DNA of 64,000 bases, taken from an uncultured Thermoleophilia bacterium. GTDB lineage: Bacteria > Actinomycetota > Thermoleophilia > Gaiellales > Gaiellaceae. The stretch lies in contig CAWFVQ010000005.1 in NCBI GenBank assembly GCA_963819335.1, positions 234,178 through 298,177 on the forward strand, read 5' to 3'. A program made the position numbers and the translations under genes. Shown here piece after piece: positions 37,275 to 47,485 of this stretch (position 1 is the first letter of the stretch; every line of letters starts with the position of its first letter). The notes beneath the pieces are model-generated. The model was not told where the DNA came from. It ran no database searches and saw only the letters and a program-made list of their open reading frames with translations.

Positions 37275-38188
37275 GTGGCGGCACCCGTTCGCATCGGCAC
37301 GTGCTCGTTCGCCGACGAGGCGCTCGCCAAACACTGGTACCCGCCGGGCACGCCGCCGAAGGAGCGCCTTCCCTACTACGCCGAGCGCTTCTCGACGGTC
37401 GAGATCGACTCGACGTACTACCGCGTCCCGGACGAAGGGATGGTGCGCGGCTGGGCCGACCGCACGCCGGACGGCTTCGTCATGCACATCAAGGCGTTCG
37501 GGCTGATGACCCGGCACCCGGTGAAGCTCGAGCAGGTGCCGCCCGAGCTCCGCGAAGGGCTGCCCGTCGACGACCGCGGCCGCGTCGACCGTCCGCCGCG
37601 CGAGGCGCGCGCCGAGATGTTCCGCGCGTTCCTCGCCGCGCTCGAGCCGCTGCGCGCAGAGCGGCAAGCTCGGCGGGATCCTCTTCCAGATGCCGCCCTA
37701 CGTCGTCTGGAAGCCGACGTCGCTCGACTACCTCGAGTGGGCGCGCGAGCAGGTCGGCGACGACGCATTGCTCTTCGAGCCGCGCCACCAGTCCTGGTTC
37801 GCGGAGGACGTGCGCGACGAGCTCCTGCGCTTGCTCGAGGAGCGGAAGATGACGTGGGTCGTCGTCGACGCGCCGCAGACCGACGGGAAGAACGTTCCCG
37901 ACACGCTCGTCGCGACGACGACGCCGATCGCGTACGTCCGCTTCCACGGCCGCAACGCCGCGACGTGGAACGTGCGCGGCGGCGGCGCGTCGCACCGGTT
38001 CGACTACCTCTACGGCGAGGACGAGCTGCGCGAGTGGGTGCCGCCGCTGCGCGAGCTGTCGAACGAGGCCGAGCGAGGCGTACGCGTTCTTCAACAACAA
38101 CAACCAGACGAACGGCGTCGCGCAGGCGCCGGCCGGCGCGTTCCTCTTGCGCAAGCTGCTCGAAGAGGAGAAGGTGCCGACCGCATGA
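37275..38188 (+). CDS. DUF72-family protein
   Basis: RIGTCSFADE, YYAERFSTVEIDSTYYR, FVMHIKAF, LFQMPP, YVRFHGRN, FFNNNN. 2 frame switches. Confidence 0.8.
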
Positions 38189-38857
38189 TGCGCATCCTCG
38201 CCGTCACCCACGGCCCCGACGCCGGCCCCGAGCTGTTCGGCGAGGTCGTCGCGGAGCCGGCCACGAGCTGGTCGAGTGGGACATCCGCACGCACGGCGCG
38301 CCGCCGCACGAGGCCGACGCGGTGATGGTGTTCGGCGGCGACCAGAACGTCGGCGAGGAGGAGCGGTACCCGTGGCTGCACGACGAGTACGACGCGCTGC
38401 GCCGCTGGGTCGAGAACGGCACGCCGCTGCTCGGCGTCTGCCTCGGCGCGCAGACGCTCGCGCACGCGTTCGGCGGACGGGTGACGCGAGCGCGAGACAG
38501 CGCTCGCCGGGTTCTACGAGACGGAGCTGACCGACGCCGGGCGCAGCCGACCCGGTGCTCGGCGTGCTGCCGCGAGCGGTTCGAGGCGTTCAACGCGAAC
38601 GGCTACGCGTTCGAGATCCCGCCGGACGCGGTCGAGCTCGCGCGCGGGCCCGGTGGAGCAGGCGTTTCGCATCGGCGACTCGCGCGTGGGCGGTGCAGTT
38701 CCATCCCGAGATCCGCCGCGACCACGTGCTGCGCTGGTTCGAGCACGACTCGCCGCGGCCGCCTGCGGAGATCGCCGCGGAGCTCGACGAGCAGCTGCCC
38801 GCGTGGCAGGAGCTCGGCACGCGCTCTGTGCTTGGCGTTCCGTCGCAGGTCGGCTAG
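38185..38857 (+). CDS. class-I glutamine amidotransferase-like protein
   Basis: MMRILAVTHG, LGVCLGAQTLAHAFGG (nucleophile Cys), AVQFHPE. ATGA overlap with the DUF72 stop. About 3 frame switches. Confidence 0.8.
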
Positions 38858-39207
38858 TTCTCGATCGGCAGGTCGTCGTGGCGCGACCATTCGTGCCACG
38901 AGCCGACGTAGTTGCGCGCCTCGTAGCCGAGCGCGCGCAGGGCCTGCGCCGCGATCGCCGAGCGCGAGCCGCTGTGGCAGTAGGCGACGACCTCGGCGCC
39001 TTCCTCGAGCCCGAGCTCGCGCTGCACTCGTCGGGCGGCATCTCCATCAGCCGGTAGACGTCGAGGTCTGCGCGCGCCGGGGATGTGGCCCTGCCGCGGG
39101 TCGCAGGCTTGCCGCCGCTGCCGTCGTACTCCGCGCGGCGTGCGGACGTCGAGGATCGGCACCTCGCCGAGCCGCGCGGCGAGCTCGTCGATCGCGATCT
39201 CGGTCAC
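38854..39207 (-). CDS. single-domain rhodanese (sulfurtransferase)
   Basis: VTEIAIDELAARLGEVPILDVRTP, active-site loop VVAYCHSGSRSAIAAQALRALGYEARNYVGSWHEW. About 2 frame switches. Confidence 0.8.
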   Translation of the reverse strand: MTEIAIDELAARLGEVPILDVRTPRGVRRQRRQACDPRQGHIPGARRPRRLPADGDAARRVQRELGLEEGAEVVAYCHSGSRSAIAAQALRALGYEARNYVGSWHEWSRHDDLPIEN

Positions 39208-39734
39208 AGACTGCGGACGAGCTCGATCTCGGCGGCGACCGAGGGCCGCTCGCGCGAGCTTCTCGAGCCAGCGTCGACGCTGCTCCGGCAGCGTCGACGC
39301 CGAGCATGTCGCGGCGCGGATCACCCACGGCACGTAGGCGATGTCGGCGAAGAGGCACACTCGCCGACCTCGAGTGCCGCGAGCTTCCCGGCAGGTCGTT
39401 GTCGTCGCCGCGCCGGAACGCGTAGTAGTCGCGGCCGAGGGTCGTCGAAGCGAGAGACGGCGAGATGCGCGCCTTGCGCGACCCTTCAGATCGGCGGGCA
39501 GGAGCGGCGCGCTCGGGATAGCGCTCCTCGAGGTAGCCCATGATCACCTCGGACTCGGGCAGGACGAAGCCGTCGTCGAGGACCGGCACGCGGCCTCGGC
39601 GGGTTCAGCTCGAAGATCCACTGCGGGCGCTCGTCGAGGTCGACCTCGACGCGCTCGTACTCGAGCCCTTTCTCGGCGAGCGCGATGCGCACGCGGGCGC
39701 AGTACGGACAGCGCGGTGCGTCGATCAGCTTCAC
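39204..39734 (-). CDS. glutathione S-transferase-fold protein (CPYC N-terminal thioredoxin-like domain)
   Basis: VKLIDAPRCPYCARVRIALAEKGLEYERVEVDLDERPQWIFELNP, VPVLDDGFVLPESEVIMGYLEERYPE, LFADIAYVPWVIRA. About 3 frame switches. GTGA overlaps at both ends. Confidence 0.7.
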
Positions 39735-40266
39735 GGCTCGAGCCCCATCAGGTTCGCGATCTGCGCGTACAGGTCGGCGGCCGGCGGCAGCTCGGCCGGC
39801 GACGCCGCCGTGCGCGCGATGCGGCGCACGTCGTCCTCGGTCGGCGCCGGTGAGCCGCGCGACGAGCGTCGGGTTCGCCTCGAGCGCGAGCTCGTCGCCG
39901 TTCGGCAGCGGGCCGTAGTACGTCGGGACCGAGAGGTACTCGTCGACCATCCGGCCGCGCTCGTAGAGGCGGAAGCGCACGACCTCGCCCTCGATCGCGA
40001 GCGCGACCGTGACCGCGCCGAGCCGCTCGGACAGCTCCTTCGCGAAGCGGCCATGCGCCTCGCGGTCGGTGTCGAGCATCGGGTCGGCGACGCGGATCCA
40101 GCTCTCGCGACGACGTCACCTGCGGCGCCTCGAGCCGCGGCAGGAACTGCGCGACCGCGCGCTGCACCGAGACCTCGTCGTCGGTCTGCACGTGCGTCGA
40201 GCTCGCGATGCTCGCCCGCCTGCTCGTGCGAGACGTGCTCCTCGAGCGGTCGAGCGGCGCCGTCAT
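39731..40266 (-). CDS. hypothetical protein
   Basis: STHVQTDDEVSVQRAVAQFLPRLEAPQ...MLDTDREAHGRFAKELSERLGAVTVALAIEGEVVRFRLYERGRMVDEYLSVPTYYGPLPNGDELALEANPTLVARLTG...LYAQIANLMGLEP*. 2-3 frame switches. It could instead be a C-terminal extension of the GNAT gene. Confidence 0.4.
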
Positions 40267-40682
40267 CGAAGCGCTTCGTGTCCTCGAAGCCGAGGCGCGC
40301 GCCACACCGCGCGCGCGAGCTCGTTCGACGTCGAGCACCTCGAGGCTCGACGCACGTGCGCGCCGTCGCGTCTGGGCGTCGGCAAACGCAGCGGCGAGCA
40401 GCGCCTTGCGCGACGCCCTGCCGGCGAGCGCGCGTCGCGGACGTGCGACGAGTTGACATGTCGAGCCCGTCGCTCGCGGCGCCTCGATGCGCGCGACGCC
40501 GAGCGGCGCCCTCGTCGTCCTCGGCGAGGAACACGCCGCCGCCGCGGATGTCGTCGAGCGTGTCGGCCCACTCCTCGTCCCACGTCTCGCCGTCGCCGAG
40601 CGGCGGCGGGCACCTCGCCTCGAACTCCTCCCAGAGCTCGCGGAGTCGCCTCGTCGGCCTCGGTCGCGCGGCGGATCGTCAC
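40263..40682 (-). CDS. GNAT N-acetyltransferase
   Basis: VTIRRATEADEA, GVFLAEDDEGA, ARRQGVA, ELARAVW, LGFEDTKRF. About 3 frame switches. Confidence 0.55.
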   Translation of the reverse strand: MTIRRATEADEATPRALGGVRGEVPAAARRRRDVGRGVGRHARRHPRRRRVPRRGRRGRRSASRASRRRERRARHVNSSHVRDARSPAGRRARRCSPLRLPTPRRDGAHVRRASRCSTSNELARAVWRAPRLRGHEALR

Positions 40683-41470
40683 GGCATCAGCGAGCCCGGT
40701 CAGCAGGTAGTGCGCCGACAGGTTCTCGAAGGGATGAAGCTGCGGGCCGAGCTCGTGCACATCGACACCGTAGAGACTCTCGGCCGCCTTGCGGAGCGCG
40801 AGGTCGCCGGCCGGCCAGGCGTGCGGGCGGGCGAGGTGGCGCGCGAGGAACCACTCGGCCGTCCACGGGCCGAGGCCGCGCTGCGCGGTGATCGCCACGC
40901 GCACCTCGTCGTCGTCGAGCGAGCGCGAGCGCGTCGAGGTCGAGCGTCGCTGCGCGCGAGCGCGACGGCGTACTCGGCCTTGCGGTGCGTGAAGCCGACG
41001 GCGAAGAGCTCGTCCGGGTGCGCGGCCGCGATGCGCTCGCGCGTCGGGAACGCCCACGCGTCGCCGACCTGCTCGCCGAAGCGCTCGATCAGCCGGTTGC
41101 GGATCGCGACCGCCGAGAACAGCGAGACCTGCTGCGCGGTGATCGAGGTGACAGCGCCTCGAACGGGTCGGGCTGGAGCGGCGGCCGGAAGCCGCGCAGC
41201 CGCTCGGCGAGCTCGGCCATCGGGCCGGCTCGCCCAGGCGTAGAACGGCTCGAGATCGAACTCGGCTCCGAGCAGCTTCAGCACGACGGCGCGGGTCTCG
41301 TCGTCGAGCGGCTCGACGTCGACGCCGCCCGGCGCCGCCTCGATCGCGACGTCGCGGCCGCCGACCGCGCGGTGGAGAACGCCGTCGACGAAGCGGTTCG
41401 CGAGGTCGGTGCCGAACGCGACGAAGCGGCCCGTCGAGAGCGCGAAGTCGTACGGCTCGGGGAGCGGAGG
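40679..41470 (-). CDS. DNA-3-methyladenine glycosylase II (AlkA-like, HhH-GPD)
   Basis: PYDFALSTGRFVAF, SITAQQVSLFSAVAIRNRLIERFG, RGLGPWTAEWFLARHLARPHAWPAGDLALRKA. About 3 frame switches. No start codon visible after the hmgA stop. Confidence 0.7.
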
Positions 41471-41473
41471 AGC

Positions 41474-42666
41474 TCAGAAGTGCGAGGTGACGCCGGCCTG
41501 GTCGTCCGACGAGGCGTCTCTCGGCCCACGAGAACATGTACTTGCCGTCGTCGAGGTCGGCGGCGAGCGTCGTCAGCTTCAGCGGATGGAACGTGTCGCA
41601 CATCACCGCGTACTCGTGCGTCTCGGTCATCCCGAGCGACTTCTCGGCGAGGCCCGGCTGCGGGCCGTGCGGCAGACCCGACGGATGCAGCGTGACCGAG
41701 CCGACCTCGATCCCCTTGCGCGACGAGAAGTTGCCGTCGACGTAATAGATCATCTCCTCGCTCTGCAGATTCGAGTGGTGGTACGGGATCGGCACCGCCT
41801 CGGGGTCGAAGTCGAGCTTGCGCGGGCAGAACGAGCAGATGACGAAGTTCGGGCCGGCGAACGTCTGGTGCGACGGCGGCGGCATGTGGATGCGCCCGGT
41901 GATCGGCTCGAAGTCGTGGATCGAGAACGTCCACGGATAGACGTAGCCGTCCCAGCCGACGACGTCGAACGGGTGGTAGTCGATCACGTAGGTCTGGTAG
42001 CCGTCGCGCACGCGCACCTTCACGACGTGCTCGCCGCGGTCGCGGTGCGTGTGCAACTCGGTCGGCGCATGGATGTCGCGGTGGTAGTACGGCGCGTGCT
42101 CCATCAGCTGCCCGTGCTCGTTGCGGTAGCGCTTCGGGATCGTGATCAGCCCCGGCGTCTCGAAGACGAGGTAGCGCTGCTCGCCTTCCGGCGCGAAGCG
42201 GTAGGTCGTGCCGCGCGGGACGACGATGTAGTCGCCCGGCTTGTACGGCAGGTCGCCGAAGATCGTCTCGAGCGTGCCCGAGCCTTCGTGGACGAAGATC
42301 ACCTCGTCGCCCTCGCCGTTCCGGAAGAAGTAGTTCATCTCCTCGGTCGGGCGGCAGAGCGAGATCTCGACGTCGTTGTTCCACATCAGCAGCTGGCGGC
42401 CGCCGACGGCGTCGCCCGCCGGCGGGCACGTCCCACGTGCGGAGGTGGCGGTGCGCGTGCGCGTCGGGCACCCACTCCTCGCGCACGATCGGCTCGAACT
42501 CGCCGCAGCTCGATCACGCGGCACGGCGACTGCAGGTGGTACAGGATCGACTCGAGGCCGGAGAAGCCCTCGAAGCCCATCACCTCTTCGGTGAGGAGCG
42601 TCCCGTTGTCGCGGGCGACGATGTGACGTTTCCTGGGCAGCTCGCCGAGTCGCTGGTAAAACGGCA
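41474..42666 (-). CDS. hmgA: homogentisate 1,2-dioxygenase
   Basis: VPFYQRLGELPRKRH, EGFSGLESILYH, NYFFRNGEGDEVIFVHEGSGTLETIFGDL, MPPPSHQTFAGPNFVICSFCPRKLDFDPEAVPIPYHHSNLQSEEMIYYVDG, LHPSGLPHGPQPG. 2-3 frame switches. Confidence 0.85.
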
Positions 42667-42669
42667 CGA

Positions 42670-43006
42670 GTGGAGAATATCGCCGCGCGGATCGAGCGCG
42701 AGGTCGGGTCGTGGGACGGGCGTCACGACGCACGAGCACCGCTTCGGCGGCATCGAGTTCCGGCTCGGCCGCCGCGAGCTCGGCCACCTGCACGGCGAGC
42801 GCTGGGCCGACCTCCGCTTCCAGCAAGGGATCCGCGACATGCTCGTCGAGACCGGCCGCGCGCAGCCGCATCACGTGCTGCCCGAACACCGGCTGGGTGT
42901 CGAAGCAGATCCGCTCGAGGAGGACGCCGACGAGGTGATCGAGCTGTTCCGGCTCAGCTACGAGCGCGCGCGCGTCGCGCAGAACGTCCACGAAACGCGC
43001 GGGTAG
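42670..43006 (+). CDS. small conserved protein (DUF5519 / 'luciferase-domain' type; recollection)
   Basis: MENIAARIEREVGSWDG + VTTHEHRFGGIEFRLGRRELGHLHGERWADL...MLVETGRAQPHHVLPE. One frame switch. Confidence 0.4.
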
Positions 43007-43010
43007 GCCC

Positions 43011-43738
43011 GTGTCGGAACCGCTCCCGTCTGTGGTGCTGCTCGACCTGGACGACACGATCCTCGACGACACGGGGGCACGTGACGAGTGCTGGCGTGTT
43101 GCGTGCGCGGAGGCGGCGGAGAGTCATCCTGGGCTGGACGCCGAGAAGCTCCTCGCGGAGATCGAGCGGGTGCACGAGTCCTGTTGGGGCGATCCCGAGT
43201 GGCACCGCGAATGGCGGCAGCGGGCGCGCGAGGCGTGGGGGCAGATCTCCAACGAGGCGCTCGCGTCACTCGGCGTCGACGATCCGGCTCTTGGAACGCG
43301 GATCGGCGACCGGCACTTCGAGCTGCGGGACGCGCGATCGCGCCGCTTCCCGGCGCAGTCGAAGCGCTGCATCGCCTCCGGGCACACGGAGCGCGGCTCG
43401 GACTGGTGACGAACGGCGGAAGCGAAGGCCAGCGGGCGAAGATCGAGCGCTTCGCGCTGGCCGCGCACTTCGACTACATCGGGATCGAAGGCGAGGTCGG
43501 CTGCGGCAAGCCGGACCGCGGCGCCTACGACGCTGCCCTGCGCAGCCTCGGAGCGAGCCCGGAGGACACGTGGATGGTCGGCGACAACCTCGACTGGGAC
43601 GTCGCCGGCGCGCAGGCAGCCGGGATCTACGGGATCTGGCTCGACAAGGACGGCACGGGACTACCTCAGCGCCGCACCGGTGCAGCCCGATCGCATCATT
43701 CGCTCGATCGCGGAACTACTGCCCGACTCGGGACCTAG
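43011..43738 (+). CDS. HAD-family hydrolase
   Basis: VVLLDLDDTILDD, LGLVTNG, CGKPD, WMVGDNLDWDVAGAQAAGIYGIWL. 2 frame switches. Confidence 0.75.
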
Positions 43739-44166
43739 CGCGCTTCGATGTAGTCCCGGAGGTAGCGGATCTCGTAGCTCTGCTGGTCGGTCGCGAACTT
43801 GACGACGTCGCCGATCGAGACGACCGCCACGACCTTCCTGCCCTCGACCACCGGCAGGTGACGGATGCGGCGCTCGGTCATCAGCGTCCGGCACTCGTCG
43901 AGCGTCGTGTCGGGCCGGACGACGATCAGCGGTGACGACATGATCTCGCGCACCGGCGTCTTGCTCTCGTCGCGTCCCTCGAGCGTGACGCGGCGCAGGT
44001 AGTCGCGCTCGGTGACGATCCCCGCGATCCGGCCGTCGACCGTGACGAGGAGCGAGCCGACATTCGCCTCGACCATCGCGCGCACGGCGTCGAAGACGGA
44101 TGCATCGGCGTCGATCCGGTAGAGGCTGCGGCCCTTCGCCTCGAGGACATCCGAAACGGTGCTCAC
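43735..44166 (-). CDS. stand-alone CBS-pair domain protein
   Basis: Intact 143 aa with two CBS repeats (VFDAVRAMVEANVGSLLVTVDGRIAGIVTERD; LDECRTLMTERRIRHLPVVEGRKVVAVVSIGD). Confidence 0.85.
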   Translation of the reverse strand: MSTVSDVLEAKGRSLYRIDADASVFDAVRAMVEANVGSLLVTVDGRIAGIVTERDYLRRVTLEGRDESKTPVREIMSSPLIVVRPDTTLDECRTLMTERRIRHLPVVEGRKVVAVVSIGDVVKFATDQQSYEIRYLRDYIEAR

Positions 44167-44217
44167 GGCGAACCCCCTATCGTCGCTTCTGGTCTCCTAT
44201 TGTTGCATTTGCCACGA

Positions 44218-45140
44218 TTACGAGACAAGCTCGGCGAAGCGCTCGGCGCCGACGTTTCCGCCGGAGAGCACGATGCCCGACCGACGGCGCCTCGACTAGT
44301 CCCTGCAGCAGCGCTGCGATGCCGACGGCGCCGCTCGGCTCGAGCACGAGCTTCAGCCGCTCGAACGCGAACCGCATCGCCTCGACGATCTGCTCGTCGG
44401 TGACCGTGACGATCTCGTCGACGAGCCGCGAGCCGACCTCCCACGTGTGCGCGCCGGGCGCGTCGTCTGGAGCCCGTCGGCGATCGTGCGCGGCACGTCG
44501 ATCGCGACGATCTCGCCGGCGGCGAGCGACTGCGCCCAGTCGTCTCCCGCCTCAGGCTCGACGCCGACGACGCGGCGCACGCCCAGCTCCTTCGCGATCG
44601 TCGCGCAGCCGGAGATGAGCCCGCCGCCGCCGACCGGCACGACGAGCGTGTCGACGACGCCCGCGTCCTCGATCAGCTCGAGCGCGGCCGTGCCCGGCGC
44701 CGGCCATGATCAGCGGGTCGTCGTACGGCGGGACGATCGCGGCGTCGTGCTCGGCTGCGAGCTCGGCCGCGATCGCATCGCGGTCGCCGGTGTAGCGGTC
44801 GTAGGTCACGATCTCGGCGCCGTAGCCGCGCGTCGCGTCGAGCTTGAGCTGCGGCGCGTCCTCGGGCATGAGGATCGTCGCCTGCGCGCCGAGGAGCTGC
44901 GACGCGAGCGCGACCGCCTGCGCGTGGTTGCCGGACGAGAACGCGACGACGCGCGCCCCGGGCGGCAGCGACGAGATCTTGTTGTACGCGCCGCGGAACT
45001 TGAACGCGCCGGCGCGCTGCAGGTTCTCGGGCTTGAGCACGACGTGCGTCGCCGAGCGTGCGCGAGCGGACGACCGGCGTGCGGTGCGCGACGCCGTCGA
45101 GCAGCCGCGCGGCCGCGCGGACGTCGTCGGGGCCGATCAC
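44218..45140 (-). CDS. PLP-dependent threonine/serine dehydratase (short, catalytic-domain-only type)
   Basis: LLDGVAHRTPV, AGAFKFRGAYNK (PLP Lys), FSSGNHAQAVA, PVGGGGLISG. About 3 frame switches. GTGA overlap with the FAH stop. Confidence 0.8.
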
Positions 45141-45952
45141 GCGATCCGTGTTCCGCAGGACGCCGATGCCTTCGATCTCGAGCTCGACGACGTCGCCGCG
45201 CTGCAGCCAGCGGCCGTCGCCGTGCTCGAGGATGCAGCCGTTGCCGACCGTGCCGGAGCCGATCACGTCGCCGGGCGCAGCATCGTGTTGCGCGCCGCCT
45301 GCGCGAGCAGCGCGTCCCACTTGTGGAACATGCGCGCGAGGTTGCCGCGCGAGCGCTCCTCGCCGTTGACGCGCGCGACCATCTCCCCCGCGCTGCCGTC
45401 GAACTCGTCCGGCGTGACGACGACCGGCCCGAACGACGTGGCGAAGTCCTTGCCCTTCGCCGGCCCGAGGCCGACGCGCATCTCCTGCGCGCTGCACGTC
45501 GCGCGCCGACCAGTCGTTCATCACCGTGAAGCCGCCGATCTGCCCGTCGGCGCCGATCATCGCCGCGCACTCGAGCTCGTAGTCGAGCTCCTCCGTTCCC
45601 TCCGGATACGGGATCGTCGTGCTCGGGCCCGTAGATCGCGTGCGGGTTCGAGAAGTAGAAGACGGGGATCTCGTACCACTCCTCCGGCACCTCGGCGCCG
45701 CGCAAGCCGCGCGCGTTCGCGACGTGCTCCTCGAACGCCATGAAGTCGCGCACCGACGGCGGGTGCAGCACCGGCGGCCGCAGGTCGACGTCGGCGAGCG
45801 CGTACTCCGCGTGCTCGCGCGCCGACCCGCCGCCGGTGAAGAACGACTGCAGCGTCTGCGCCGCGAGCTGGATGACGCGGTCGCCCTCGATCCGCCCCGG
45901 CCAGCCGCGCTCGAGCTCCAGCTCCCTTCGGCGAGAACATGCAGAGCTTCAT
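45137..45952 (-). CDS. fumarylacetoacetate hydrolase (FAH)-family protein
   Basis: MKLCMFSPKG, ELDYELECAAMIG, GFTVMNDWSARD, GDVIGSGTVGNGC, GDVVELEIEGIGVLRN. 3-4 frame switches. Confidence 0.8.
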
Positions 45953-46127
45953 GCTCCGACCCTAGCCGACGCCTGTGGACAGTCCGCCACAGTTCGGTCA
46001 CGTCGTTTGGCGACGAGATGCGTCTCGGATAGCCGTCCCGATTCGGCTCTAGAGCCGGGCTACCGGCGACTGTGGATTGTTTGTCGCATTCGACACCTGG
46101 TTTGGCCACTGGACGGCTCGGAGGCTC

Positions 46128-47472
46128 CTTAGGCTCCGTGTGGACGATCACGTCGGCGATGTCCGGGCGCTCGCGGCGGATGCGCTCCTCGATCTCGCTC
46201 GCGCGCGCGTGCGCGTCGTCGAGCCGGCTCGTGCCGTCGAGGCCGAGCGTGAGGAACGCGACGAGGCCGGCGTCGGTGCGCAGGAAGCGGAGCGCGCGCG
46301 GCTCGCTACCCGTCACGTCACGCACGACGCGCCGAACGAGCGCCTCCGCGTCGGCGTCGACCTCGTCGGCCGGTGCTCGCCTCCGTGAGCGGCTCGAGAT
46401 GCGTCTGCACGCCGGTGATCTCCGGAACCGCGCTGCAGATCGCCTCCTCGAGCTCCTCGGCGATCTCGTGCGCCTCGTCGAGCGACAGGTCGCCCGGCAG
46501 CTTGACGTGCAGCGACAGCTCGGTCCGGCCGTCGACGTCGACGAGCGCGAGGTTGTGCACCTCGCGCACGCGCGGCACCGCGACCGCCGCTGCATGCGCG
46601 CGCTCGCGCACCGAGCTGTCCTCGATCGGCTCGACGTGCACGACGACGTCCGCGTTCGGGAGCGCGCCTCCGACCGCCGCCTCGACCGCGTCGGCGGCCG
46701 CGTGGCCCTGCCCGACGGCCGCACCGGTCGGCACGCCGATCACGACGTCGGCGAACTGCTTGCCACCCGCCTGGCGCATGCGCAGCCGGCGCAGCTCGAC
46801 CGCGGGCCGGATCGCCCGATCGCCAGCAACGCGGCGGCCTCCGCCTCGGCCGGCGCGCGGTCCATCAGCACGTCGATGTTCACCTTCATCAGCCGCGCCG
46901 CGGCGAGCAGCACGAGCACGCCGACGAAGAGCGCGGCGATCGGGTCGCCGTTCGGATGCCCGGCTGCGCGAGGAGCAGTCCGACGAGCACGGCGACCGAG
47001 CCGACGAGGTCGCTGGCGAAGTGCAGCGCGTTCGACGCGAGCGCGGCGCTCTGGTAGCGGCGCGACGTCCGCCACGAGACGACGGCGCGGCTCGCGTCGA
47101 TCGCGATCACGACGCACACGACAGGAGCGCGTACCACGTGGCGTGCACGACGCGTGCCGGTCTGACCGGTCAGCCGCTCGATCGCGCGCCACGGAGATGA
47201 AGAGGCTGACGAGCACGAGGAACGCGGCCTCGGCAAGCGCCGCGAGATGCTCGGCCTTGCCGTGCCCGAACTGGTGCGTGACGTCGGCGGGGCGCGCGGC
47301 GACGCGGATCGCGAAGAACGTGAGCAGCGCCGCGACGAGGTCGGTGCCCGAGTGCGCCGCCTCCGAGACGAGGCCGAGGCTGTGCGTCGCGAGGCCGACC
47401 GAGAGCTTGAGCACGACGAGCGCGGCTGCCGCCGCGACCGAGATCGAGCGCTGAGCGCCGTTGCGGGCTCAT
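46128..47472 (-). CDS. cation diffusion facilitator (CDF) transporter with three tandem C-terminal cytoplasmic domains
   Basis: TMD: HSLGLVSEAAHSGTDLVAALLTFFAIRVAARPADVTHQFGHGKAEHLAAL. Three repeats each ending in H-x-EP (VVVHVEP, VQTHLEP, VIVHTEP). About 5 frame switches. Stop not seen in frame; a TAA at about 46130 is one indel away. Confidence 0.75.
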
Positions 47473-47485
47473 GGTGGAGAAGAGG

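Noticed and set aside
44195-44215. TGGCAAATGCA upstream of the CBS gene as a sigma-54 promoter
   Set aside because: The GG-to-GC spacing is about 6 nt rather than the required 10 nt, and no activator gene is nearby.
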